Counted from the whole stretch's first letter, positions 26,331 through 38,507 are shown. The stretch is 63,508 nucleotides of DNA, filler included, from Olpidium bornovanus S191 (GCA_017911155.1; 30 parts of 30 records of this genome joined end to end with filler, not necessarily neighbours in it), one strand, 5' to 3'. Notes: generated from the sequence alone by a model not told the origin. A program made the numbers and translations.

Positions 26331-28565
26331 CCAATGCTCCGTTCAGCCCCTCCGTTTTGGATGTAATTGCGAGCAAGTTGCTTAAGGTTCAACAATGACA
26401 GAGGTATCGCCGATTGCCTTTCAATTCGATGTCACTAGTTAATTCTGTCCGAGGTGCACTCGATTCCTTCAAATTGCGTTGCTGACGGCGTCTATTGCTT
26501 GCGTGAAGTAGCGTGAGTGTGAGTATTCCTGAGTGACCAAAAGCCTGACTTCAGTTTCGAGCCCCAAGAACACCGTCCGCCGAGCCTTCATCCGCAAGGC
26601 GCGGGGCGAGGGTTAAACATTCAGCGCAGAGGCCATCGCGCACCAAAACACGGCTATAACCACAAGGGCTGTTTGCCTTCTATGTTATTCGGACCGAAAG
26701 CCGATAATCTAGTAATCGGCGGGAAGTTGAATTCTTCGGCGACACCTAGATCATCGACGCAGAGATGGTGTCCGGGGCGGCGGCACCGCAGTTGGTAAGA
26801 CCGAGGTGTCCGCCGGTCAGCCTTTTCCGGCGGATAAGCGACTTGAATGCAATTTTTTTATTTTACTAGTAGAAAAGTAAGCGCGTGCACGGTCAAGAAC
26901 GGACAGGCGTTTGTTTTAGTTTGGGTTTCTCGCGGTCGGGCTGGTTGGGGTAACTACGGAGGGTGGGTGGGGGCAGGGGCCACCTTTCCCCTTTTTGCCC
27001 GCTGGCGACCCACGACAACGCGTTTCTTCTGGGTGCGCGCGCATCAACCCCACACAAACACCCCCACAGACACACACACCCCTTGCCTGGCGGCTTGCGC
27101 GTTTCACATGGCCTCGCTGTTTTAAAAATTCTCTTTCTCAGCCTGCGTCCTGCGTCCTGCGTAATTACCGTCTTCTTCCGTCGGCTCCAAACCGCCGCAC
27201 CCACCGCCCAGTTCCCCCCCCCCACCCCCCCGTTAGCACGCGGCGCACGCTGATGCAGCCGCACACGAGTATTTTGCGGCGTCGTCTCGACATCCACGGT
27301 CTGGCTTCCCGCGTTTACGCTGAACACGGGGCAGGGTGACGCCCAAACCAGGCGGAAAACGCCCAAGGTCACCCCTGACTGACATTTTGAGATTCCCGGC
27401 GCGTTAACCCCGGACTTAAAGCCTTATCTTCACGTTGCAGACCTAGCCTCGCATCACGCTTTTTACCCCCATCACGTGTGAACTGGGAATTTGTGTGGGT
27501 TCGCGGCGTGAAAGCGCGCGTGCAGGGGGGAGGTACGGAACCTGCAAAAAAAAAAAAAAAAAAAAAAAAAAGCCAGGGCCCCAAAAATGAAATAAAAGGA
27601 AAAAGTGTTTGAGTTTTATCTCCGCCTTCTTTTGTTGCGGTTCGCAGGCGGTGTTAGCTACACTACAATCTAGACACTTCTCGAATGAGCCACCGGGCGA
27701 ATGAATGGAGGAATGTAGTAAAACATAACTAGAGCGTTGACATCAAAAAGAGAGCTGGTGACACTTCGGTAAAAACTCCACCGGGAAGTCCTGTGGGACA
27801 AACCGGCGTCACAGGAAAAGAGCATATAGCCTGTACCTGTTGCAAACGGTGAGGGAAGACGATGTGGGAGAATCAGCGGCGGTTTGCTTGCCTATGACAC
27901 GTGGCATTCATGACNNNNNNNNNNNNNNNNNNNNNNNNNNNNNNNNNNNNNNNNNNNNTTAATTAATTAANNNNNNNNNNNNNNNNNNNNNNNNNNNNNN
28001 NNNNNNNNNNNNNNCATGACAAATGGCGGCACTACCAATCCGCAGATCTGTTCCACGCGGAAACGTCCCATACCACGGGCCATTTTTTTTATTTTGCCTG
28101 AAATCCTTTGGGCGAAGTTGCCTGGAGCTCTTGCGGTGAAATTGGATCCCAGAACTCCCAGACCTTGCATTCCTGAGAAGCTGCCAGATTTTTTAGAAAG
28201 CAATAGAAAGTATGCTTGAATGTCAGAAGTTCTGGTTCCTTTATAGAAAAGCATACTATATATATGAAATGTTTATTCCAAATATGCCTGTTGCTGTTAT
28301 GCAGAATGCGGTCATAGAGAGAAGATTTGGCTGGCGGAAATACGGTTTCCCCGCCAATTGCTGCATAGTGAAATGCTGTTGCGTCAGAGGCTGATAGAGG
28401 GGTTGACTGTAGTAGTTCGCGTCAGACCGATTCGCTTCGCGGCGGGCCCTTCTGTCCCCCGCCGGGCGCAAGCACAGGAAGGGCGGGGGTTTTCGTTTCA
28501 TTCGCTTTCCCGTCTGTTCTCCTGGAGAGCGCTGCATCAAACGCTAGCCCGCCCGCCTTCTTACA

Positions 28566-29643
28566 ATGCCTCGCAAGGTCAAGGACAACGAGGCATCTGC
28601 CACGGGCGCCGGCCCCACCTCGGTCGCGGCTTCGCGTCCGAGGCGCGCGTGCGTCATCCAAAACCCCCCTAACTACGCGCCGGAGCTCAAGAAGCGCAAG
28701 GCGGACAGCGGCCCAGTCACTTCCGACGCGCCAGCGAAGGAGTCATTCGCGGGGCCGTCCAAGGCCGGCCCAGTCACGAGCGAGAAAGGTGCGCCGGAGA
28801 TCACGAAGTCCGGCAGGAAAAAGGATTCCACGGCCGGGAAGGGCAAAGGGACGCCGACAGAGACCAAGCTGAACAACAAGGAAGCCGGGGCCAACGGGAC
28901 GACAGTCGCTCCTGGCGAGGGAACACTGAGCGAGGAGAAGGAAAACGGCGGCCACAAGGACGTGATGATAGACAAAAAAGGCGAGATTGCTCAAGAAGAG
29001 GCAAAGGTGACCGGAGAAAGGCGAAGGAAGGTGTCTGAAACTAATTCCGCCGGACTCCAAGTCGGTGACGCCCTTCCAGACCTGAAGCTTGCGGATAACG
29101 AAGGGAAGTTCGTTTCTCTCCATGAACTCGTCGAGGAATCTGGCGTCGTCATCTACGCGTACCCGAAGGCAAACACCCCAGGTGGGGGACCCGTGGAACC
29201 CGCTAGCCAGTCCATTTAGCAGTCAGTGGCGATATTATGTGTCTGTTGTCGCCGATCCGCTCACTTTGAACGCCGGTGGTCCATCCCCCTCCCCAATTTC
29301 AGGCTGCACGCAGCAGTCTCTTCTCTTCAAGGAGCACCACAAGCGATTTTTGGAGAAACACTACCGCATCTTCGGAATCTCTGGTGACTCTACCAAATCC
29401 CAAGCCTCCTGGAAAAACAAGCTTGGGTTTCCGTTCAGCCTTCTTAGCGATCTCAGCGACGATTGCGGGGGGCTGAAGCAGCTCGGCTTCCTCAAACCTG
29501 GGAGTACCAATTCCGTTCTCAGATCCCACATCGTCGTTGCGAAGGGAACCAACGGCGGCCGCGTCGAGCAGGTGGTTTACGGAGTGAAGCCCAAAGAAAG
29601 CGCCGAGAAAGCTCTGCAGTGCATCGACGCCGCTGGTCCTTGA
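28566..29643 (+). CDS. DOT5: Peroxiredoxin Q/BCP (Dot5-like) with long Lys-rich N-terminus, 318 aa
   Basis: LQVGDALPDLKL..VVIYAYPKANTPGCTQQS..IFGISGDSTKSQASW..FPFSLLSD..RSHIVV. Exons 28566-29181 and 29303-29643. Confidence 0.9.
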
Positions 29644-29800
29644 ACGCACGCGCAAGTCCGATGTCGACTAGTTGTGTATTGGCCACTACCCATTCATCGC
29701 NNNNNNNNNNNNNNNNNNNNNNNNNNNNNNNNNNNNNNNNNNNNTTAATTAATTAANNNNNNNNNNNNNNNNNNNNNNNNNNNNNNNNNNNNNNNNNNNN

Positions 29801-30620
29801 TCGCTTCCTCCTCCGCCTCGTCCTTAGCCCCGGCGCTATCGACGAGGCCCTTCCGGTGGGTCGCGGGCTGACTGGTGGCTTCAGGCTCCTCGTCGTTGGG
29901 GGTTGACCCGTCTAAGCCATGTTCATCGAGCGCGGGCCCTTCAGACGCGGATGCAAAGCCAGAGCGATTTTTCAATGAAATGGCCGTCCTTGCTCCAGAT
30001 GATGTTCCAAAAGCGCCAACATTTCCGTTCCTCCGAGTATCCCACGAACACGACGCGTTCGGCCCGCGCGGTTCAACGGCGCCCTTTGGGAGTGTGCGCG
30101 AAGGCCAGGCATCCGAATACGCGCAAGTGCCCCATCCTGGGGGCAATCTGTTTGGTCCATGCCTGCAGCGTAGCCCAAATGCGGTGTGCGGGCTACGGTT
30201 GTAGACATGGGCTACCATCTGGAGCGCTTCCGCCCAGAAGTGCTCCGGCGCCCCGTGCATCAGCATCGCCCGCGTCCGCTCCCCCAGCGTCCTGTTGACG
30301 CGCTCTGCTAGTCCGTTTTGGTGGGGATTATAGCAGGCAGTAACGAAATGCCGCCCCGTCCTCCCCCTGGCAAACCCACTCTTTCCACTTGCCGTTTAAG
30401 TACTCCCGCCTCCGTCCGTTTAAATGGCAAGGATTGTCTGCTCGGTCGCCGCTTCCGCGAACCCGGCGTATTCTTCCAGCTTGGCAAATTTTGCTTTTTG
30501 CCGCCACGGAGAAAAACACGGAGGAAACGTGAAGCTTCATCGAGGAAGGTCCAACATCCCGGACCTGTGCTAGGCATAATGCGTCATTTCATCGCGCATT
30601 CCACATCGGCAAGCTGCGCT
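29801..30620 (-). mobile_element. Degenerate Ty1/copia LTR-retrotransposon integrase fragment
   Basis: TFLDEASRFLRVF, RT..GEY, RAML..GAPEHFWAEAL..AHVYNRSPH, and in alternating frames LRIFGC/KLEPRA/FVGYSE-like segments. Several frameshifts. Confidence 0.85.
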
Positions 30621-31696
30621 TAGTGATCATCGACCCAGAAAGACCCCAATTAGGCCCTAAGATATACGCCTCGCCACCGGATAACTTTTGAACGCGACAA
30701 ACAAGTTCGAAGTAAGCTCGAACTCTTCAAACGTGTCTGTAGGTAACCAAAAAAATACATCAACAAAGTGCAACTACAAAAACAAAAAAAAAATAAAAAA
30801 AACCTTCGACGTACTCAAGTAAGGCGGTCCTATGGCGGAGAAAGGGTAGAGAATGCACCAGCAAGTTAAATCATCTAGTAGCACAATAATCTCGAGGCTT
30901 TAACAAAACACGCTAGGCAACATATACGGTTCGAAAAAGAGGCAAGGCAACCTTCCCCCTTCCCCCTCTCCTAAGCGCAACCACGACCCCTCGACAACTT
31001 GGACAAGTTCTTTCGTAAAAAAAAAAAAAAATACAAAACCTGGGAAAGGCGACCGGCCCCCCCCCCCCCCCCCCCCCAAAAAAAAAGTACAAATTGCATG
31101 CCCATCAAATGAAACAAAATTATGGTGTAAACGAATCATCGTTTGGGTCTTGCGGCGGTCGTGCAGCTGCATATGAGTGATACAAAGAACGCGAGCGTCA
31201 CTACGGCGCCGACCACANNNNNNNNNNNNNNNNNNNNNNNNNNNNNNNNNNNNNNNNNNNNTTAATTAATTAANNNNNNNNNNNNNNNNNNNNNNNNNNN
31301 NNNNNNNNNNNNNNNNNCATGAGCGTGTAGCAAGAAGCGCCTCCAGAGACTCCATACTGACTATTGCGTCATAAGTTTCCCAACTCTCAGCGAAGGCTCA
31401 ACAAATTGTAGATTCGGTACTCCTCCGCCACGTGCAAACTCAAAAGGACATTGAACGTGTTGATTTACGCATAGTTTTTCCCTTCCTTTCCTTCCTTTTC
31501 TTCGCCTCTTGTTTGATTACCGGCGGTTAGTCAGAACCCCTGATTGTTTCTCTCCTTATAACGCGTATATATTCTATATATATAAAGTTGCAAGGCGGGC
31601 GCATAACACAAAACTCAACAGGTTATGAGCCCAAATCGGACCTGACGGCGAAAGCTCGCAGCGCAGCTCCTTCCGCCGCCCGCCGACCGCTCTCTG

Positions 31697-32100
31697 GCCG
31701 CCGCCGCAGCGCCGCCTTCGCCGCCGCTGCCGCTTTCCGGCCGCCGCAGCGCCGCCCTCGCCGCCGCTGCCGCTTTCCGGCCGCCGCAGCTCGGCCTTCG
31801 CCGCCGCTGCCGCTTTCCGGCCGCCGCAGCGCCGCTTTCGCCGCCGCTCGCCGTCGCCGCCGCTCGCCGCTCGCCGTCGCCGCCGCTCGCCGCTGCTGCT
31901 CGCCGCCGCCGCCGCCCGCTGCCGCTGGCCGCCGCCGCCGCCGCCGCTCGCCGCCGCCGCCGCGTTCGCCGCTTCACAGCCGCCGCCATCGCAGCCTCCG
32001 CTTTTCGAAGCCACCGCCATCGCCGCCGCTGCGCGCCGCCGCTGCGTTCCGCCATTGCGCTCCGCTGACGTCCACCGCGTCGCCGCCGTCGTAGCATCGC
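31697..32100. repeat. 40-bp GC-rich minisatellite (~4 copies) merging into (CCG)n low complexity
   Basis: GCTTTCCGG recurs at 31732, 31772 and 31812 (period 40), followed by degenerate CCG/CGCT runs. Confidence 0.85.
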
Positions 32101-33239
32101 CTTCGGCACCGTCGTCGCTTCGCCTCCGGCACATTCGACGCTTCGCCCGGCACCCTCGACCGGCTTTGGCGCTTCGCCAACGGGACTTGACGGCTTCCCG
32201 CCGCCGACCACCGCCGCTTTCCGAAACCATGCAGTTCGACAATGATGACCTTAACGGACAAAGCACTGCCACGGGCAAGCCAGTCGGTAAAGGGGTGGTC
32301 TTCTCTACCCTACCCCTCCGCTTTCAAAATGAGCTCGACCTCAACTCCAATATGGCCGACACACAGGCTTCCATGCATTCACGGATACCACCTGCCGTTG
32401 ACTCCACCAAGGCGTTGTTGTGAAGCAGTTTGCGAAGTAGGGAAGCCAAGGGAGCGACTGGTAAACGAAAGCGGGCAGAGTTCCAAATCTGCTAAGAGGA
32501 AAGGCAAAATCGAAGGATAGAATTCCAAAACGCCGCCGGAGGGTGGGGCGCTGCCAAGGTTACGGGCTGTCTCCCCAGAGAAGAAAGATTACGCGTTGTG
32601 ACCTTCCTTTGTTACGTGTAGTCCCACGCACGTGTGCAGCCCACCCAAAAAGAAAAGAACCGTAACGTTCTCCCGAACCGCTCGCGTGCACGCGAAAAGG
32701 AAGAGCCGTCGAGCGAAACGAAGAAGTTCAAAAAAAAGAAAGTAGCGGGAAGGAAGGAAGGCGGGTCCGGGAGTGGCGAGAGAGAGAGAGAGAGCGGGAA
32801 AGAGAAAGAGGGGAAAGGAGACGCAGTGAAATTCGAAGCCTGCGGTTTGGAATTACGGACGCCCGAATTGGAACGAAAACTCTTCACAAGGCCCGGGGCC
32901 GCCAGTCCACGACTGCCCCTATTTCACCCAAAAGCTGGCGCTCCCAGGCAGGATTGGCAGTGGGGAGTTTAACTTCCAGTGGTAAAGGGCCAAACGATGG
33001 ACGACGAGGACGGACGGCGAGGACGAGGCGGGTGGCGGACTTCAGTTCGACCGGTGGCAATGGCGGGTCATGGGAAGGGAAGAGCATGGAACGAGACGGG
33101 CGACAGCAGCCCGCAACGCGTGCGGACGACACCAGGAAATGGTACATCAACCCCAACGGCGGCTACAGCTACGGCGGCCGCTTCTTCGTTGCGCGTGGAG
33201 GAACTGCTTCTAGCTGCGCAGGTGCTGCCCAAAGAGACC

Positions 33240-33803
33240 TTTTGAAAGAACGAGATTCAGACGGCATTACGAGAGTTCTTGGGGAGAGCAGAGTATTTCA
33301 AGTTATGAAATGTCACAGCATATCTAAAGAAATTTGAGTTGCATTTTCGGCCTCTTGATATGTCAGAAGCTGAGAAGCAGCGAGTCTTCCTTCTGACCGT
33401 ACTTCCTGAGTATGAAGCGAAAGTTAGGGAATTAATTCGTGACCCTCCTTCATGACGGAGATTCAAAGAAGTGCTCAAAACGGAATTCAGTCTTGAGGAT
33501 CACGATCTGATGACCGTTGCAGAATTTTTGGAGTGGATTCTCAAGACAAAGACGGGTGACCCACAGGAGATTCTCCGGGAGTTCGAAAGGGCTTTTGGCG
33601 AGCTGGACCCACGGAGTCGACTTGTTTTTGCGGACAAGCCGAGGGCGTACGTGGAAGCGTTGCCGCCGGCGTGGAAAAACATCATGTATGAGAAATTGTG
33701 TGAAGAAGGAAAATTACCAGATGATTGGGACCTGGTGTGCAAGGTCCCCAGGGAAAAATGTGCCATCCAAGCAAAGAAGCACCGGAAAAGAATGATGACC
33801 AGA
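33240..33803 (+). mobile_element. Degenerate Ty3/gypsy-like gag remnant
   Basis: MSEAEKQRVFLLTVLPEYEAKVRELI..PS* then, after a frameshift, FKEVLKTEFSLED. This resembles the fungal gag W..FK..L..E(F/Y) helix with a stop at the Trp position. Confidence 0.5.
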
Positions 33804-33931
33804 NNNNNNNNNNNNNNNNNNNNNNNNNNNNNNNNNNNNNNNNNNNNTTAATTAATTAANNNNNNNNNNNNNNNNNNNNNNNNNNNNNNNNNNNNNNNNN
33901 NNNCCCCCCCCGCCCCCCCCCCCCCCCCCCA

Positions 33932-33986
<55 letters not shown>

Positions 33987-34574
33987 AAAAAACGTGGGAA
34001 CGGGCCCGTGACCACTTCATTGCCGGAAAACGCCACCGCGGGAGCGCACACGTGCCGCCCGCGGATCGTCCCCGCCTTCCTCCTTGGCCTTGGGGTGTGA
34101 CCGACGCGATTCGCGCGTTGCAGGCCCGATTTCATTACAATGCCAAACGCCTTTCACACTGGAGGCGCGGGTCTGCCGGGGGGTCAAGAACGGGCAATGG
34201 GGGGGGGGGAGGGGGACACTCGCAAGTAAACTACAGAAACATGGAGCGGTTGGCATTTTGGCTGGGAGAGGGGATGAGGGGGCTTCAGAGACCGGTTGTT
34301 CATCAGCCGGGCCAAATTGAAAACAGTGTCGGGGCGAGTATCGGAAAAAGGGCCACGCGTTGCGGAAAAACAACGCGGCGGGTCGGGCGCGGGCGGCCGC
34401 GCGTGGTCCCCGCAGTGCCCCTTCCCCGACCGCATTTTTTTGGATTCTCTCCAGCGTCAGGGAACAGATTCAAGGCCAATAATTCCGTTTTCTTGAGGGA
34501 CGGGCGGCCAGGGCTCCTAACGCACACGTTATAAACGGTTTGCTCTCCTCCGAGCGCTGTCTCCGCGCGAGCTC

Positions 34575-34607
34575 TCAGGCGCGTCGGTACGATTTCCGCA
34601 TTTCGAG
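34575..34607 (-). CDS. Duplicated alternative last exon of PET191/COA5 (LEMRKSYRRA*)
   Basis: 144 bp downstream of the first copy, with its own pyrimidine tract and CCCGTAG acceptor, same phase and same stop position; 25/33 nt identical. Confidence 0.6.
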   Translation of the reverse strand, partial: LEMRKSYRRA

Positions 34608-34718
34608 CTACGGGAATGAGGGAACAGGACTGCAACCACGAAGGACGGGCGACCAGAGCTCCTAACGACACGTTATGAACGGTTTGGCCTCCTCCGAGAA
34701 CTGTGTCCGCGCAAGATC

Positions 34719-35169
34719 TCAAGTGCGCCGGAAACGTTTCCGCATGTCGAGCTACGGGGGAGAAGGGAACGGGAATGCAACCAGGAAAAAGACGCGGAAA
34801 GAGGGTTGCGGGGAAGGGGTGGGGGGGGACACGAAACGTCATTAAAACAAAACCGGAGAACACCAACGGGGCCGCCATCTTTCTGAGCCGTGCGAGCGAA
34901 GGGGGAGGCGGGCGCGCGGGTTGGGGGTGGGAAGTGTTCCCCAGGAAGAAACGACCGAAAGAGAAAGTTCGCCTGTTCCCCCCCATGCTCACCATGCTCC
35001 TCTTGCACTCGAACAAAGCATACAAGACCGCGTGGCACTCCTGGGGTAACTCGTACACGCGTTTCCTCGACAGGCAGTCGTGGAACTCGCGGCCATAGAT
35101 TTTCATGCAGTCCGACTTGTTCACGCACCGGATGATTTCGAAACGGAGATCCTGGCAGGACGATGGCAT
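34719..35169 (-). CDS. PET191: Cytochrome c oxidase assembly factor Pet191/COA5, complete, 69 aa
   Basis: SCQDLRFEIIRCVNKSDCM..CLS..LPQECHAVLYALFECKRSM|LDMRKRFRRT*: twin Cx9C. Exons 35169-34993 and 34751-34719. Confidence 0.93.
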
Positions 35170-35889
35170 ATCTTCGTTGAAAAGCTCGCGGCTCGAGCAG
35201 GAGCGGCTATTCTTTTTTTTTTTTTTGTTCTTTTTCTTCTGGTCGCGAGAGACGTTCGGAAGGCTTCAGAGAGTTAGCGATCGGTTTGTGGCGGTAGCGA
35301 GGAGAGGGGGTTAGGACGCGTGGCCGGTGGGCAAACGAGAAACCGACGGCGGCCGGGTTTTCCAGGGTTCGGCGCGGCGTCATCGTCACAAGCGCCCGCC
35401 GGAAACTCGGCGCATGTTTTCATCACGCCGCCTCTTCCCCCCTTGCCCGACCCCGCCCTCCCCGCGGCGGCCGCGCGTGCCCGCCCAACAAACCGCTTGC
35501 GGAAGGAACGCAAGTCGGGGGCGGCGAGCGCGCGCCGGTTTTGCGCTTCTCGGCGGGCGCGCGCGGAGACACTCGCCATACACACTTCGAAAAGGTCGCC
35601 TCCTTCCCCACCCGCCGGCTCCAGGAACGGCGGGGCTCTTTCCGGGGCGCGGGGCAAGGGAGAGGCCACCGGGGGACTGAACTTTCCGCTGGGCGGCCCG
35701 CCGGGCGGAGCGCGAGGACGAGTGCGCGCGCGTGTCGTTCGCTCGCTGGCTCGCTGGCCCCGGTCGTGCGGTCGTTCGGTCGTTCGGTCGTCGTGCGGTG
35801 GTCGTTTCGTTTCCTCCCGCGCTCTCGCTCTCTCTCTCTCTCCGCCCCGCGCGGAACCGCAAAAACCTCCCTCGCGCGCAGATAACAAA

Positions 35890-35929
<40 letters not shown>

Positions 35930-36149
35930 CCCCCCCCCCCGGGGGGGGGGGCCCCCCCCCCCCCCCCCCCCCCCCCCGCCCCCCCCCCCCCCCCCCCCCC
36001 CCCCCCCCNNNNNNNNNNNNNNNNNNNNNNNNNNNNNNNNNNNNNNNNNNNNTTAATTAATTAANNNNNNNNNNNNNNNNNNNNNNNNNNNNNNNNNNNN
36101 NNNNNNNNCCCCATCCCACCCCAGCCGCCTCCTCCTATGAATTTACTAC

Positions 36150-36754
36150 CTTTGAACAGCTCCTCGTTGATGATGTACTCGACGCCGATGATCCTCGCGT
36201 TGGGCTTCTCGGAGTCATATATCACGCACTGGTCTGGGCGGGGTCGCGCAACCGCCGGAAGTCAAACGCAGGCTCCCGACGAGGTTTCTAATTTTCCTTT
36301 CTGCGAAAGGCGACATTTTCAGGACAGAGGAATAAAAAAAAAACCAAAAAACAGACACTCACGGAAGCCTTCGCTGGTGTGCGCGCAAAAATGATGGGCC
36401 TCGACGTGCCGGGTGAAATCGTGGCTGCGTCCGGCGGGGTACGACGGAGACCCGTCAAAAATCGATTGCCGCACCGCGCCGCTCGAGAATCCGCGGCCCG
36501 GAACGGACAACAAAAAAAAATGAAGGAAAGCGTTGGCGTCTGCAGCCGCGTTCGCGCGCGAACAGAGCGCGTGCTCACGCGTAAACGTGGAATGCGCAGA
36601 CGTATTGGTGGATGTTCTTGACGGGGTCGAAATTCTGGGTCCCCGCGGCGATGGCCTCGAGGAGCTTGGACTTTCCGGACTTTTCGCCGCCGAGGTCGCC
36701 GAGGCCGCCGCTGCCGCCGCTGCCGCCGCAAGCCTGGGAGGTGTTTTGGAACAT
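36150..36754 (-). CDS. DUF1264 / oil-body-associated protein (OBAP) family, 3' truncated
   Basis: TQNFDPVKNIHQYVCAFHVYA|HDFTRHVEAHHFCAH..|HQCVIYDSEKPNARIIGVEYIINEELF. Exons 36754-36579, 36424-36363 and 36233-36150. Confidence 0.88.
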
Positions 36755-37141
36755 CGCAAAGGGCGTGAGGGGTGGTGTGGCAGAGCCCGTTATCGTTTGA
36801 ACAAGAGACAGGGGCGAGGCGAGGAAGAGGTGAGGGGAAAACGGGCGTGCGCTTTTTGAGTTTGACGGACGGGGGGAAGACGTGTGCGGTTTTTTTTTGT
36901 GTTTGGCGCGGCGGCGTAACTTATTTATGCGCGCGTCATATCCGCGCGGAAAAAGCCCGCGCGGCGGGAGGGGGGCTGCGGTGGGGTAGGAGAAGCGGCT
37001 GGGGGGGGTTGGCCGGTTCCTGAGTTCTCGGCCCCGTCCCTTTCCCCCCCCCGCGCGCGCGCGCGCGTGTTGCTTCACGGCGGACGGGGAAGGAAGAAAA
37101 AAAGAAAGGAAAGGGCAGAGGAAAAAAAAAAGGAGGGGAGG

Positions 37142-37178
<37 letters not shown>

Positions 37179-37430
37179 NNNNNNNNNNNNNNNNNNNNNN
37201 NNNNNNNNNNNNNNNNNNNNNNTTAATTAATTAANNNNNNNNNNNNNNNNNNNNNNNNNNNNNNNNNNNNNNNNNNNNATCCCCTCCCCCCCCCCCCCCC
37301 CCCCCCCCCCCCTCCCCCGCCTTTTTCCCCCCCCCCCCCCCCCCCCCCCACCCGTCTTCTTCCGGAGCGGGGACGGCAAAACGTCAAACCCGTGCGGGTG
37401 CCCACTCTCGCTCTCTCTCTCTCTATCTCG

Positions 37431-37793
37431 TCAATCGAGCTCGTCCGAAAAACCAGTGATCACGGGGCCGTCGTCGTCCGAGCTCGCGTCGAACGCGCGG
37501 CGGAACAGTTCCGGCCGCTGCCCCGCCAGGGCCCCGGCGAGGTCCTTGTCGGCTGCCGCCGCCGCCGCCTTCTTCCGGGTCAGGGGTCCCGCGCGTCCGC
37601 GCTGCTGCTTGCCCTCGTTGCCGCACCTCGACGCCAGCATCCGCCGCTGCTTCAGGACGTGGACGTAGGCCTCCTTCGCCTTCACGTCCAGCGGCTTCAG
37701 GATCTCGGGGCTGCCCGAGGACCGGCCGGACGAGGAAGTGAACATCGGGTCCCGCAGCCGGATGTGGTCCGCCGGTGTCTGCCGAGGAGCCGG

Positions 37794-37826
<33 letters not shown>

Positions 37827-37980
37827 AAAGGCCGAGCGAAACCGTCGACCGAAGCCCGAATCAGCGCCGGCGAGACGGACCGGGACACGGCCGCGCGTTT
37901 CCTGACGGCCGTACGTTGACGACGTCGGGTCCCTGCGTTCCGGAAATCGCAAACTCCGCAGAATCGAAGATGTCATCTTG
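37431..37980 (-). CDS. Possible coding region, unknown product
   Basis: Protein-like segment DPMFTSS..LKPLDVKAKEAYVHVLKQRRML..DELD*, preceded by a poly-T stretch that looks intronic. It may be a downstream part of the 710-aa ORF gene or a separate gene. Confidence 0.35.
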
Positions 37981-38507
37981 ATGTCCTTCGTTCCTCTTTG
38001 ATGTGTTCGTACCGCATACACAAAAAAAAAAATTATTTAAGTTTAGGACGCCCGGGTTCCCCTGAGACGTCCGCCTTTGGGCGCCGTTGCCTCCCCTTCG
38101 CGAGCGCTTCACGCATTTGCCGGGTGCGCACCAACGTACCCACGCCGCCGGTGATCCTCGTCTCCTTTCGCGACGGATTGGTTTCCGGTTTGGTCCCATT
38201 GGTTTCCGCTTTGGTTCCTTAAACCAAAATCAAGAATTGTTTGATTCGGTTCGGGCGTTCATGCCTCGTGCTGTATCCGACGCGTGAGCGCTGCCCCACG
38301 ATCCAAATAAAAAACTGAGCTCAAATGAATTAATCAAGCGTCACCCACCCCTGATTTTTTTTGGAGCGTTGTCTTTTTTGAAGTAAAGGGGGGGGGGGAG
38401 GTTGGGAGGTGGGGGGTGGAGGTGGGGTGGGGGGGGGGAGCGAAATGACCCATAGGCTCAGCACACGGCGTTTGGCGGGAACCGTTATACCCGTCATGAA
38501 AATTGGA

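Noticed and set aside
28015-28400. AT-richer segment with short ORFs upstream of DOT5
   Set aside because: No motif in any frame; probably intergenic or an unrecognisable relic.
36660-36700. P-loop-like GEKSGKS in the DUF1264 gene
   Set aside because: It lies in the low-complexity N-terminal leader of a family with no NTPase fold; chance match.
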